Below are positions 10,928 to 24,300 of a stretch of 40,489 nucleotides of DNA, piece by piece. Both the position numbers and the translations under genes were made by a program. Under the pieces are notes generated by a model. The model was not told the DNA's origin. It searched no databases and worked only from the letters and a program-made list of their open reading frames with translations. Within the stretch, counting starts at the first letter, position 1; each line of letters starts with the position of its first letter. This DNA comes from Catajapyx aquilonaris (lineage: Eukaryota): NCBI GenBank assembly GCA_000934665.2, contig JYFJ02003527.1:1-40489 (forward strand), written 5' to 3'.

Positions 10928-13900
10928 CTGTCGGTGAGCAGACACACTGCGGTTATTCATCAAACTGGTCCCCAATGGCCAATATGATGGATCTGACCTG
11001 GCTTGTGGACAGACTGAAGTGGTTGGCTATCCGGTACGATTCGTCCTCAAATATCTCTGGTAAGGGCTGACCACTTTCTTTGGCCATCTCTCGTAGGCCG
11101 AGCAGGTGTATGTCGATGCCCTCTCCTAGTATGTTCTGTGTCATGATGTTGGTTTGAGCCTCCACCGCTTTCCAGAACAGTGCAGCCTTGTCCTCATCCT
11201 GCGATCAGTCAACGTTTTCGTCAAAACCATTAACGCGACCGAGAACGTGAAACATGGGTCCAACGCAAGTCCTGCGCATGCGCGTTCCAAGAACTCGTGC
11301 GCTGTCCTTCTGCGCATGAACTTACATGCGCATGCGCAGGACCCACTTTTCACGTTTTCGGCGTAACTCACCGGGGCTTCTCCGACCATGGCCTGGACCC
11401 ACTGCAAAGCCTCCATGTGTGCTGATCTGATGCAGTCCACGCGTCCTAGTCTGAACCTACGTGTTGATGCGCTTTCGTACGTGGCCACCATCTTGCGATT
11501 CAACCTGTGCACAACAATTTATTTTGTGGAGTGTAAAAGTTACAATGAGGGGGTGTGTACAGTGCGGTGTCAGGCATACCCGTAGTATGTTAACTGAAGG
11601 GCGAGTTGCAGATAGGCATCAGGGCTGACTTTGCAGGACTTGATGAAGTCCTTGCCATACGCGTTGTACCGGAACACTTCCAGGTCTAGCTCGTCGATGA
11701 GTCTGAAATTGGCAGTAGTATGAAAGAACAATGGCGACAAAAATATCAACAGGACATAATAGGATAATATGATATTTGCAAGGACATCTGAGAAATTGCG
11801 TTGCACACATACGTTATTACAGTCATATGAAATTTATTGCAATTTCAGCATTGAAATGTCTTACATTAGGATTAGAGTTAGTAATATGAACTAAATGCTA
11901 ATTTAGCATTTAATACTTTAAAATATGTAGTCAATATATTGTTGCGCAGTACATTGCCGCCCGAATAGTTTATAGGCCTAATAAAATACAGAAATGATAG
12001 GCCTGTTCTTGATTATCGAGTCCTCTCATGGCTTCATTTAGTTTTTCACTTAGGATAGATAAGCTGCTTCATAATCATACCGTGCTTATGGCACGATAAA
12101 TCATACACGTAATAAAGATAGCGCAGTCTAAAAGGGTAAGGTCAGGACGTCTTTAGATCGCGATTAGATTGCGGCCAATAAGTTTAGTTGTAAATAGCAA
12201 CACTGCACTGCGTACTTTAAAATATTCGTCCCCTGTGCATATACTTGGCACTGGGTTAATGACTAATCAGCATCTGCTGATCAATTTCCGTTGGTATTCA
12301 TGCTGACCCAGAACTATGTCCTGTTTGTATTGCATAAGCTGCCCCAGCCAATGACCTGGTGACGGTACTGTTTTACTTAGTGCTGGTACGACAATATTGA
12401 AATGCACCTGTCGATATTGTGGGAGCATTCCTGTATGACTCGCAGCATCTCCTGTCCGATGTTCCACTGCAGCTTCTTGGGGTGGTCCAGCTGCTGGGAG
12501 GCCTTGTCTCCTGCAGATTTGATCCCATGCTGTCTCATCTTCTGAATAAAGTCGTCGATCAGCTGTACCACCGCGATACCTTCGGACGGGGAGTGCTCGT
12601 AGCACAGCCCGACCACGCCGTCTGACCCGACCACGACCTGCACCGTCTTGTCGAACCATCTGTTGGCCGTGTTGCATTTGGATCCCCCGCCATGCAGCAT
12701 CTGGTGGAGGTGGCTGGTCTCGTCGCGGGATGGCATTGACGTTGCCATCGACGATGAGTAGGTTGGGTTACCAGGGACCAGATGACGCTTGCTGTTGAAT
12801 TTTCGGGGGTCCAGAGGCTCGTCCAGGCACACCAGGAACGCGCATGTCTCCAGCATCTCCAGGGATGTGCGGTTCGTCGGATCTGGAATATTGCACATGC
12901 AAAATATTCAATGTAATGATCAACATCTAATTATTAATTAGATAAGTAATGAGATATGACCACTGAGGACATACCGCTTCTGAGGGCATCTCTTGCATGT
13001 GCCCACACATCTCTTCGTTCCGCGGTCAGGATTCCAACTGGAACAGCTGCGGTTCGTCCAATAGTTTGAACAATCCGATGAAGCTGAGTCACTAGCTCAG
13101 CTTCAGTCAGGCGCCATCCAGCTACTTTTACTTTTAAAACATAAAACTGTAAGATAAAACCACCAGCCTTAATTTGATTTATTGGCGCCAGTGAGATATT
13201 AAGGTTGTGTCCATAAAATACGTCATGCTGCCAGTGGTACATAAACTAACATTATATTAATAATAAATTTGCTAATATAGGCCAAAATATATTTAAAAAA
13301 ATTGCTATCCTTTTTAAAATATTCAAACGGTGAGGACGGTTGGGGACAGCGTTACGTACTTTTTGCAAGGGGTCTGGCCCAGCGTGACTGTGCGTGACAT
13401 GATTTATTAATGTGGAATGAAAACACAAAGATCAGAGTGACGTACTTTATGTCGACCCCTAAGAAATGTAGGATATGGTTTTTTAAACAATACCTGTATT
13501 CGGCTTCAGTTGTCGTACTCCTGCTATGCTAAGCAAATAGCTCTAAGATATAAAATACTATACGGAGCCCATCATTTCGGGGGATTACCTACCTGTGTTA
13601 ATAAGTTAAATAAATGCAATTGAAATAAATATACCGGTATGCAATTAATTATAAATATTTCATTCTACCTGTAGATCTGAAGGTATTCTCTCCAACGAAT
13701 TGATGCCATTTTAGAACTACTGTACGCCATACGACATTAACTTCACTCCTGTAACCTGAACCAGCTAATGTCTTTCCCCATTTGATGACATTATTTTCCC
13801 TCCACTCCTGGTATTACTTACTGAGCTTCGGTCCTGCGCTCTCAGGTAACCCAACGAGTAAAACAGCCATCATGCTCTGGAAGTGTGTGCGAAAGAAACC

Positions 13901-16900
13901 TGAAACGACGAACTGCCATGGAGAACTTAAAGACTGCGTGCATGCCGTGCATTTACGAGTAGCCAATTATAGGATAACGTATATAAAAGTGACAAGCGCC
14001 ACATTGAAACGTCAGGCGAAGTTCTGTCTTATATGTTACCTCCTTCTTGTAGGCCACGACGATATGCTCGTTGTCTGGAGGACCTTCTGTTCTAGTTGAC
14101 CTCAGGTAGTCCCTGGGTAGGGCTGGTACGCGGTAGGTGGTAAACAGACGGTAGTATTGTTCCATGCAGAGTGGTTGGCCCTTCTCGCGGGATGTGGCTA
14201 CGTCTTGAGGAAGGGCTCGTCTGTTCAATGGGAATTAATTGTGACTTCTTAATTAATACGTTAGGCACTTTCTTGCACCAGAATATATTTTTTTGTTAAT
14301 TTACTTGTGTCTTCTACGTCGATGACATTTGCAGGAATATGCAATGATTATGTTTTTAAATTACATTAATATTTAATATTTGCTTACTCGTTCTGAAAAG
14401 CGCCAAAATTAATCTCAGAAACTATATAATCCGAGCAAACCATTACGTTCTTCATATCAGTTTGGCCTGTTTGAGGCAAAAACACCATTTTTACGCGATG
14501 ATGTAATACCCTCATTCACAACATAACGGCAGTGACGTCAACCAAGTGGAAAAGTTCAGATTGGTGGGTGGTAACTTCAGTTAAGGAAGAACGTCACAAC
14601 CGGGCCATGTGCCAAAAAACATTTTGACCAATTCAGCTTGGTATTTAGCCAACTTTGTATGCATTTAGATTGCAAATTCTACAGATAAATCGTTGGTAAT
14701 ACGTGAAGTTGTGAGACGAAACGATCAAAGTGTGGCAGGCTTACAATATTTTCTTTCCATTTTTCTTTCTGTAGAACAGTAGGCTACATTGTTGTTCCCA
14801 TTTTCCAATTTTCTCACCAGTTGCCTACAGGTATCGGGATGCACCTGTTTTGAATCCCATAAACAGAACCGGGGAGCAGCAATCGTTACGTAACCCTAGT
14901 TCCCTCATCTGCCACCATGCGTCGGGCCATGTCCCTTTAAAGTCATCCTACACCCAGACCCCAGCAAGGTGAATCGATCTCTGGTTCCGACACCATGCAT
15001 ATATAGAGGCAGCCAGCACGCAATGCACCTCACGAAACCCTCTACTCTATAGGGGAAAATAAGAAGAAACCTAGCTACACATTTTCGTCTGGAAAATTAC
15101 ATGCGCGTGTAGGAAACTACGATTGAAAAAAATATATATATTGCTAGGCCACCCCCTTCTCTGAAGGTGTTAAGCTGATTAGGAATCCGGTCCACCATTT
15201 TGAGGAAGTGGTCCCTGGAGGATTATCATCTCCAATGAAGCGGTTCCATCCCCTCCATGTTCCAGACAAAATTGCTCATTAATTAATGATTTTAAAATCC
15301 GCTCTAATCCGGTATGTGTCATCGGGAGGATTTTTCGCGCTGGTTTCAATCCTAAAATCCGGGACTTAATTGGTTGGAACCAGTTTGGGATGGGAAATGC
15401 CGTTCATATCGTACTATAGGAGGTTAATTTTTTAAATACACACCATAGAATAGTTGAGCGAATTTCCGTGTTCTAGTCGGATTTATTTGGGTGAGCCATA
15501 ACAGCTGAAGTAGTAGGATATAATGTATTTGCACTTTCTAGGAAGAATGTGTTAAAATTTTCGGACATTTATCGACACAATATATGTGGTGGTGCTTGTA
15601 GATACTTTCTGTGGAAAGATAACTCAACTGTTAAATATTTCACTTCTCATATTACGCTTCCATAGACAGAGATCATAGGTCGAATCTTCTTCATTTCAGA
15701 CAAGATCCTATATCCTATTACGTACAGTGTTGAAACTTCTTAAAATAGCTTTGCACATTTTGTTCATGTCCTGCACGCCCTGGCAATTTCCCATCTCTTA
15801 ATTAAGAAAGGATAAAAACAGCCACAAACTTCCAAATCCCCTTCTGACTATCAATATCCACACATATCTTTTCCCCCTAATTTCCTATTCCGGTCAGAGG
15901 TCGGATTACATTTCCCATCCCTCCAACCCCCACTTTTCTCTCTCAAAAAAAGAGAAAAAAAAATCCCACCCACTGGTTATGTGAGACCATCCGAAGGTCA
16001 AAGGGCACAGGTGCAGCCGGATTGATTTTCCAGCTCAGGCTCAGCGACTGGGACTTTTTTTTAAAATATTATCCCTCCCACCTGCACACCACCCACCATC
16101 AATTGCACCGTACCTATCCAGCACGTCCTTGTAGTCCATCAGGAAGTTGATGATTTTGGCCGCATAGACCAGCTGGTCTTGAATGGAGTGGAACGTTTGT
16201 TGTGGAAAAGCCATTCCTGGATTGGAGTTGATGGGTAGTGGTAGCATGTTGTTCATATACATGTCCTCCAGCCACCATTGGTATGCCTGGAATATGCAGA
16301 TTAGTGCAATATTTCTGATAGCTGTTCAGACAAAAAAATGTTGAAACACCTTGTATTTGGTCTGGCTGTTGTGAAATCTCGGTTTTATCTCTTCCGATAG
16401 TGCCTTTGTGAGGCTTGCTTAGCGCTCCAAGCACAAAAGCTACTCAAGAGCTCGGATCCTCCAGGGGTGCATTAACGTACTGAGAATCGGTATAGAACCG
16501 ACCTTTGACCTTTTGAACCCCAATATTGTTCCAAAAAAGTGAGGCTACCACTTGACATGTCGCGTGTTGTTTTATTCGGTGTGTCCGTGTGGGAAAGACG
16601 CACGTCATAATTTTTCCAATATTGTCCTTTAGTGACCCCATATTATGCCGTGACGTCCGATGCAAATGTGAGGCCAGAAAGCACACTGCGGGATTCATTT
16701 ATACAGGACCACACGTCATGCCAATAGGATTTCGTGGCATTCATATCGGATGGTATTGATTACTGTCCACAGAAGCGTGAGAATCTATAGATCCGATTGT
16801 ATCTGGACTATAAAAAATGAGCGCTGTTATTATAGCGAACTAAAATCTGCATGACGTGCATGACAAAGATTCAATCAAAATGTCGCAAACGTGGACAGGT

Positions 16901-18302
16901 GACTGTGAGAACACCAAAAATAGCCAGTGAAAAGCAGCTAATTAAATAGTATGTTCGTGCACATTTTTACTGATATATCTAGTGGCGAAATTCTTTATTA
17001 TGATTTGTCCTTGCCTGAAAAACATGGGTCGCAAGTATCCTGAAAAAGGGGCCTAAACCAATTGGCACGCGTGGCCCAGTAATTGACAGCACAAGCAGAA
17101 AACACATGTAGCCATCACTTCTGCAAACATCCACATCCATCTCTTGCCGGTTAATCCAAATCCTGATTCAAATGAGCGTAACGTGGTTAACACGGGTTCG
17201 CCTCTTTGATTAATCCCCGTAATCGAATCAATCCTTCCGACCTATCGCATTAGGGACCTGTCCGGGATTCGAACCCTGCACCTCTAGAGATATGTGTTTG
17301 TTCATTACTAAGGATTAGATTTTTAAAAAATGGATATCCTTAACTTCAATATTGACAAGCAAAATTTACCGACCCCCCTCCGACGTGTGATTTAATTGCA
17401 GACGTGACGTCACGATGCTTGGCTCCACATCGTTAGCGCATAATCAAACGGGCTTCCGGCTGAGTTGTTTCGACTTCCGCTTTTCCTCCCACGTGACTGA
17501 TTAGCGCGGGCAAAGGAGTGGAAAATGCGATTGAAAATCAATTTCTATTTGGTTGCCGCCCCCAAGAAATTGCTTGTTTGATCTCTCCGCCAGTGAGGGA
17601 AATTCTTGTTTTGGTAATGGAGGTTGCACATACAGATGCGGTGGTTTACTGAATGAAACGGATTTATGCTTGAAATATTTTTGTTTAATATTTAAATATA
17701 TTATTTTAAAATATTAAACTAGGCCCCTATGGCTGATAGTGAGACAATTAATAGTTCCTCCTTCCGCCCACCAAAGGCGCTGCCTTCTCCCATTGCGCCG
17801 GCGCAGAACGGGGGCCAATAGGAAGCTTCGCACAAACAATGTACGGCAGGCCAATCAGGAGCCCCACCCAAGCAACGATTTTAAAAGTAGCCTATAAATG
17901 AATCACTACATCACAATAACTAGGCTAAGGAGAAAAAATACGTATATACACACAAAAGGAGCCTTGCTAGAGTGCTGGCGCTCCAACTGGTATTATTTCA
18001 AGACATGCTGTTCTTCCCTGCGCATTTTATTTTTTTATTCCATAATATTTGACGCCCCTTTCAAAAGAAATTCTTAATATTACAATTTTATTATTAGTAA
18101 GATATTAGTAAGATATTAGTAAGATATTAGTAAGATATTATTAGTAGATATTGAGTAATCAGTAGTAAGATATTAGTGGATATTCAGTAATCAGTAGTAA
18201 GATATTAGTAGAGATTATTAGTAGATATTAGTAAGATATTTGTAGATATTAGTAAGATATTTGTAGATATTATTAGTAGATATTAGTAAGATAGTAAGTT
18301 AG

Positions 18303-18385
<83 letters not shown>

Positions 18386-21300
18386 GTAATTTTATTATGA
18401 CACTTTAACTTTAACCTACCCCACCTGCTGTAATTATAGACTTTTCCGAGCCAGAAGCCTAATATTTTCAGCAGTTAGTAAAATTAATTGGGCCGTAAAT
18501 AACCGGTCCATTATCATCTGAAAGTAACCACATCAGGTCTCCCCAGAAAATAGTACATAAATAAGAGGAAGAGTGGACTGCTTTTGTTCGGGTCGATTAT
18601 ATCCCCATCCTTGCTCTTCCCCCCTTTTCCAAACGTAGAGGGGCCGAAGGGCATCCCTCGAAAAAGAAGGGAAAAAAACATTAATTAGATTAGTTACAGT
18701 GGGCCGTGTAGGGTAATGAACAGCCCACAGCACAAGCTGGGAAGGGCAACATGTTTGAGCCCTCCCTAAATACGTGACTCATACTTGGTTCGATACCAAC
18801 TGGCTTCATTTGGGTACGATTGTCTCGTTAGTACCACCAAATTGGATATGAAAAATATTTTTGACTCACCCAGTTCTCATAAATGTCCCTCTTCTCCACC
18901 AGCCTTCTCTGCAGAGGTGGTCCTGGTCCATCTGGTTTCAAGAAGGCATCAACCAACTCACTAGTCCTCTGGTACTGTTCGTCGTTCAACAGTGGTTGGA
19001 CTGCAGCTAAGTACCTCTGCATTGTCGTCTCCAAAGGTGGTACCGGCAACTTGGGCAGTTTTCCATCGTCCTGAAGAATAAAAGCAATGGATCAAATTCG
19101 GCATCAAATTGGCTAGGTGCCCTCGAGGAAGAAAAAGAAGTCTAAGCAATCAATAGGTTGGTCCAGCTTGTTTACATTTAGGGAGGGCTTTTCGGTTTTC
19201 TTTTTCTTCCCTTATTTTCTCCTGGACCGATATTATCCCTGAGGCCTTACAAAGGTTGACATCGGGATTTCGGATCTCATAGACAGAGAAGGATATCGTC
19301 GTGAAATGGTGGGGAGAGGAAGCCAAGTTGTTTGGAAACATCCTCTTCAATTTGGAGAGTGGCACAAGTGGTCATTTAATAGTTGTATAACAACTTGCAT
19401 TACTAATATAAGAGCCAGCGACTTTTTGGTCATAGTTCACTGACTATAAGCCAAGTCAGGCAGATATAAGCCACTATCATGAATGCCTGTTTGTGTACTC
19501 TTTGCCCTCCCCCATTCCAGTCACCACGCCTTGAACCGCAAGTGTTGTGGTCCTCACGCCTCCGGAATGAATCCGGAGCCACTTCATAATAATAAAAAAG
19601 CTTCCAACCTCCCTCCCTAACTATTCTTACATGAGACCAGCCAACCGCACAAAGTTGGGCGAATTACTTCCTAGCCCTGCGTCTAAATCACCCCTGAAGC
19701 CTATTGTACCCCCCCCCCCTCCCTTTCCTATGCAAACTCTCCCCTCTACCGGATAACTTCATCCCCATCCAGCAGAGTTGGTAGGAGGGGTAAGGCCCTT
19801 AATGAGATTCTCCATTATTCATGGTTGCCCGGACTTTTCTCTCCATGGGATGCTTAGGATCTGCCCGAGTTAGCACTTTGCAAGGTAAAGTTCGAGATTT
19901 TTTTGAGAATTGTTGTTTGGAATATTTGCATCCCATGGTAAAGGGTCAGTGTTTATAGGGACTTTAGTTGTATATTATTTTACGCATCTTTTTACAGCAT
20001 AAGTTCCACGAATGTGTCGACTGCGCTAACCGAGGCGTGATTGGCCACCTCAGATGAGGTATTGAACCTCATCTGAGGTGACCAATCACGCCTCGGTTAG
20101 CACAGTCGACATATGCGGGGAACTTACTTGAAAATAATAATCCAGTGTTTTTTAATACCTCATCTGAGGTGGCCAATCACGCCTCGGTATGCAATGGCTC
20201 ATATAATATTGTACAATTTTTCAATCTTTAGTCATTATGCTAGTTTTTTGCTCATTAAAATATCTAAAAATTGAACATCAGCATATCATTTACAGATTAA
20301 GTACACCTTAGCCTGCCTTGTACTGAATCTTCCATACCCAATAAGGTGTGTTATACTCCTGTCGTATTCAATCAGTTGTTCAGCCCTCTTCTGCTAACAT
20401 CATTAGTTTCTGGGAGGGGATATCAAAAAAGAAACCCGAGACTGGGAAAACGTAACCTCGAGAGCAGGGTCGCGCCCCTTGGTAGATAAAGTACCTCATT
20501 TTAATCCAGTTTCGACTTTCCTCATTAGCCCTTTCCCCTCTGAACAATGCTAATCATGCAATTTTCTGATTATAAGGTGCGCAAACTGTGGCCGGATCTT
20601 CATTACTTTGGGTTTCACATTAAAGGGTAAGGTGTTATATTGCCGCATAGTAAAGACAACGGAGGTCTTGGAATTTGGTGAAACATGCAACGGTTGTACT
20701 TATGCAAATTCTTGCATGTTATTTGCATATTTCGTTTATTACATTTACAGTCATATCAAGTTCCTGTAGTATGTACTTATCTTTCATTGTTATGCTCGGT
20801 ACAATTTCTTGTCACCTACACTATACTTTACGTGCATCTTAGCAGCACTATGATTATTATCTTCATTGTTATATTACGTGACATTTCCTTGCTGGCCACA
20901 ACAGACCGTGCTAATGAATTAAACATGCAATATCTTAATCCAAGTTTGTCCCCATTTCGAGCTCGCCATTTCAAAAAAGGATTCGATTGAACCACCAAAA
21001 TGGGTTGGCAAATCCGGTAATTATTCCTACGCAAATGCTCGCGTGTGCTGGTGCCCAATAGGCAATTAAATAGGAAGGTCTGTAACCTAGCTGCATGTGT
21101 GATGGGGTATAGGGACCTAACATATATCGAGGCTTTATATCCATTAGGGGGACAGGTAACACAAAACTCTGGGTAATCTCCCCCACAAGATCACTTAAAC
21201 TGGAGGACAAATTAGGGAATGGGAGTGGAAAATCGATGCTATTGCGTGAGGGTAATGTTCGTTAGGAGAAACCTATAGTTTAATGGGTTGGAAGGTACAA

Positions 21301-24300
21301 TATTTAAAACATTGTATTACCTTTTTGCACCACCATATTACATCTATTGAAGACTATAGGTTGCAATAGTCCTTTTAACTTGACACATGTTTTTTACGTC
21401 TTCTTGTGAGAAAAGCTCGGTTCTTGGCTCCACAAATCCGGAGATTGGGGGGCGTTGGAGGAAGAAAAGGACAACATTGTCCGGACAGATCGAAAGGGAA
21501 AGAAAGTCTCTAAGCTTCTTTTTGTGTCACAACGATAGCCCATGTCAAAGGAAAGGCTGAGAAAAGACGCTTCCAATCCTTAGAGGATTTTAGCATTTTT
21601 TTTCTCTCTCTCTCTTTCTCCTTTTCCTGAAAGATGCACTGAATATTACTTTAATTGGATGGATTGTAGTTGAGGGAATAGTGTACCATCGAATTTAAGG
21701 GAGTTTTGCCCTGTGGGAACATGTGGGGTGACCAAGACAAATGGTTTCTCTTTCATTTCGAACAATGTCAACACCACCTGTGCAGATTCCCACAAGACCC
21801 CTGTGAGTTTTATGCCTGATTCTGGTTTAGCTGCAATTTTACACAAATATTTTCCTCCATCATATTTATAAATAATTTTTTGCTCACATTGCTGATAAAC
21901 ACTGAAGGTTGATGCCTTACAGTGTATTTTTTTACATCGTCGTGCATCAATGTCAGTGTCCCCTGCTCATCCTTACAGTGCCATCCATTTCCCCTCCTAT
22001 TCGATACCATCCTCTCCACCACACTTACTCGAAATCAATCAATTATCACAACAAAGGCCACGATTCGTCACAGTGGCGGGTTATGAATGATTGAGAGGGA
22101 ACAGAGGGGACTCACGCTCCCTTTGCCAATTTAAACAAAGGGGGGAGAAGAGAGACCTGAAGAATAGAAGGGGGGGACACTATTATTATTGCAGGTTCCT
22201 TCCTGTATGTTTATAATACTCTACCACCACCCACTAACCCTCACCAGCCCGCCATCACCTTTTATAGCGAAAAGGGTAATTGGTTTGGAGGAACGAAGTG
22301 GGTTATGAAGGGTATTAATTGCTGGCATGCACCTGGAAAACAATTATCGGCCTACTGGTGTTGAATAATTGGTTGCAATTTTCGGACGACAAACTAAATA
22401 ATTATGACACGAGAGATAATTTTTGAAGTTGTCTAAATAGTTTTTTTGGTCCATAAATAGCCTCGCGATATGCTAATAAATATGGAAATAACTGAAACAG
22501 TGTATCAGTTACGCGATGCCTGAATTTGTGATGCCCTGCGATAATTGAATTATGATTTATGATCTGAACAAATTGCATCTGTACTAAATATGAAATCTGA
22601 GCTACTGTATGAACCAAAAATCAAACTTTCCATCTGAAAAACAACGGAGAAGTTGACCTAAAAACTAAAGTACTGTACATGTGTGTAAAGTACCTGTATT
22701 ACAATAATAATTGCAGCCTTATTAATTAACAATGATTTCAAAATGTTACTAAACAGACACATTCATTTCTAGGTAATGTTGGAGAAATTTCCGAACAGGA
22801 GTTAGATTAATTAAGACCATCCCATAACTGCAAGTCGTTAATAAGGAGCAACTTAGACATTCAGTTCTCAGGGATGCTGTGACTGCGGTTGGGAAATTTT
22901 CAAAGTAGGCGACGAGACTTTAGATATGTGTACACAGACTTAATCAACTTGATTCTGACGGGAACCACGCAGCTTCAACCACCACCAGGCACGTTTGTCC
23001 CCAGTGTCAGTTGGGTGATGAAATGCAGTCTGAGTGTCCGGGGAATGAAATCGATTTCAGCATGACAAATGAGGCAGTCAGGATGCTGGTCACACTAGCC
23101 TCCGTCCAAATGTAATGAAGGTGTTGACGCCATTGTTGTGACTGAAGGCTAAGCCTCAATCCTGCGCCACTAATCGACTTTGTCTGATTGTCTGGTTTCC
23201 TACCTTTGTAACAATAAGTTACGAGCTAATGGTCGTTATAATTGGTATGTTGCTTAAACTACCTAGGAAGAGCCTAGGCCTAACTAGGTAGGCCTATAAC
23301 CCGCGCCATCTCGTGGAGGCGTCCCTACACCATTCGACCCGCTTCATTCCCAGCCCCAATCCTTTTATGGTGTACCCTTGAAGAGGGTTCCGATGCGGAA
23401 AGAGGAGCTAAATAAGCGAGAAGAAGGGTCAAAGGGCCTCGGCCCATGCTTCAACGAAGAAGCAATTTTATTACTCCCTAGCAGGAGGGTGTTTCTGACT
23501 CACTCGAGTGCGTTTGGCCTAGGGAAAGAGTCAACATCGGCTATCCGAAGAGGTATTATGTCTACCTTTGGTTTCACTTAGAACATCTGATGGGGAACAT
23601 ATATCTTGTGTGGAGGTTGGTCAATAACAGCCAGGAAGCTCTGGCAACTTGCTGGAGGAAATTTTGGTGAGGGGCATGGGGCAGAAGAATCGACCCGTCA
23701 GCCAAAGTACTAATAGACTGGGCTAACGATCGGCGCTTGGCTCTATTAATGCTGCACGTGAGTCCATTCAAGCCTGCACGGGAACAAGCAGGTGAGAGAG
23801 GGGAAAAAGTGGCAGGAAATGTGCGATTGTGACGTGTTGCACAAATTATTATGGATCTTGGTGTTGGGATATATTGAGACAATTTTCTGAGGTGCAGGAA
23901 ATTTTACTGATGGCATAGGTAAAACCTCAGGCAGAAATGCACTGCTTAATAAATATGCAATAACTGAAATAGACACCTTAATTATTGGCACATGCTGTAC
24001 TGTAGGACTAATCAGTGTATTTTACTCGCAGTATTTATTATGCTTATAGGAACTGTCATGCATTGTGGAGCTTCCGACCATGACGAATTCCACAGTGTCC
24101 TTTGCCGTTCATTTAGAGTGAACGCAAATAGTTTCTGTTTACATTCCGCTCAATGGGCACCTGCTAACTCTAATCGAATCACGTTTTCCCCTAGAAACTC
24201 CAGGCGATTTAGGATGGAAATAGTCGCATGGGCAAACATGTCCTGCAACTGCTCATTACATGGATACACACCCAACCAACCCCTCTCTCCTTTTTTTGTG

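Noticed and set aside
17253..17288. Possible tRNA gene
   Set aside because: Only a T-arm/B-box is present, with no D-arm, anticodon arm or acceptor stem; treated as a SINE fragment.
18092..18298. CRISPR-like array
   Set aside because: Contiguous tandem units without unique spacers, in a eukaryotic intron.
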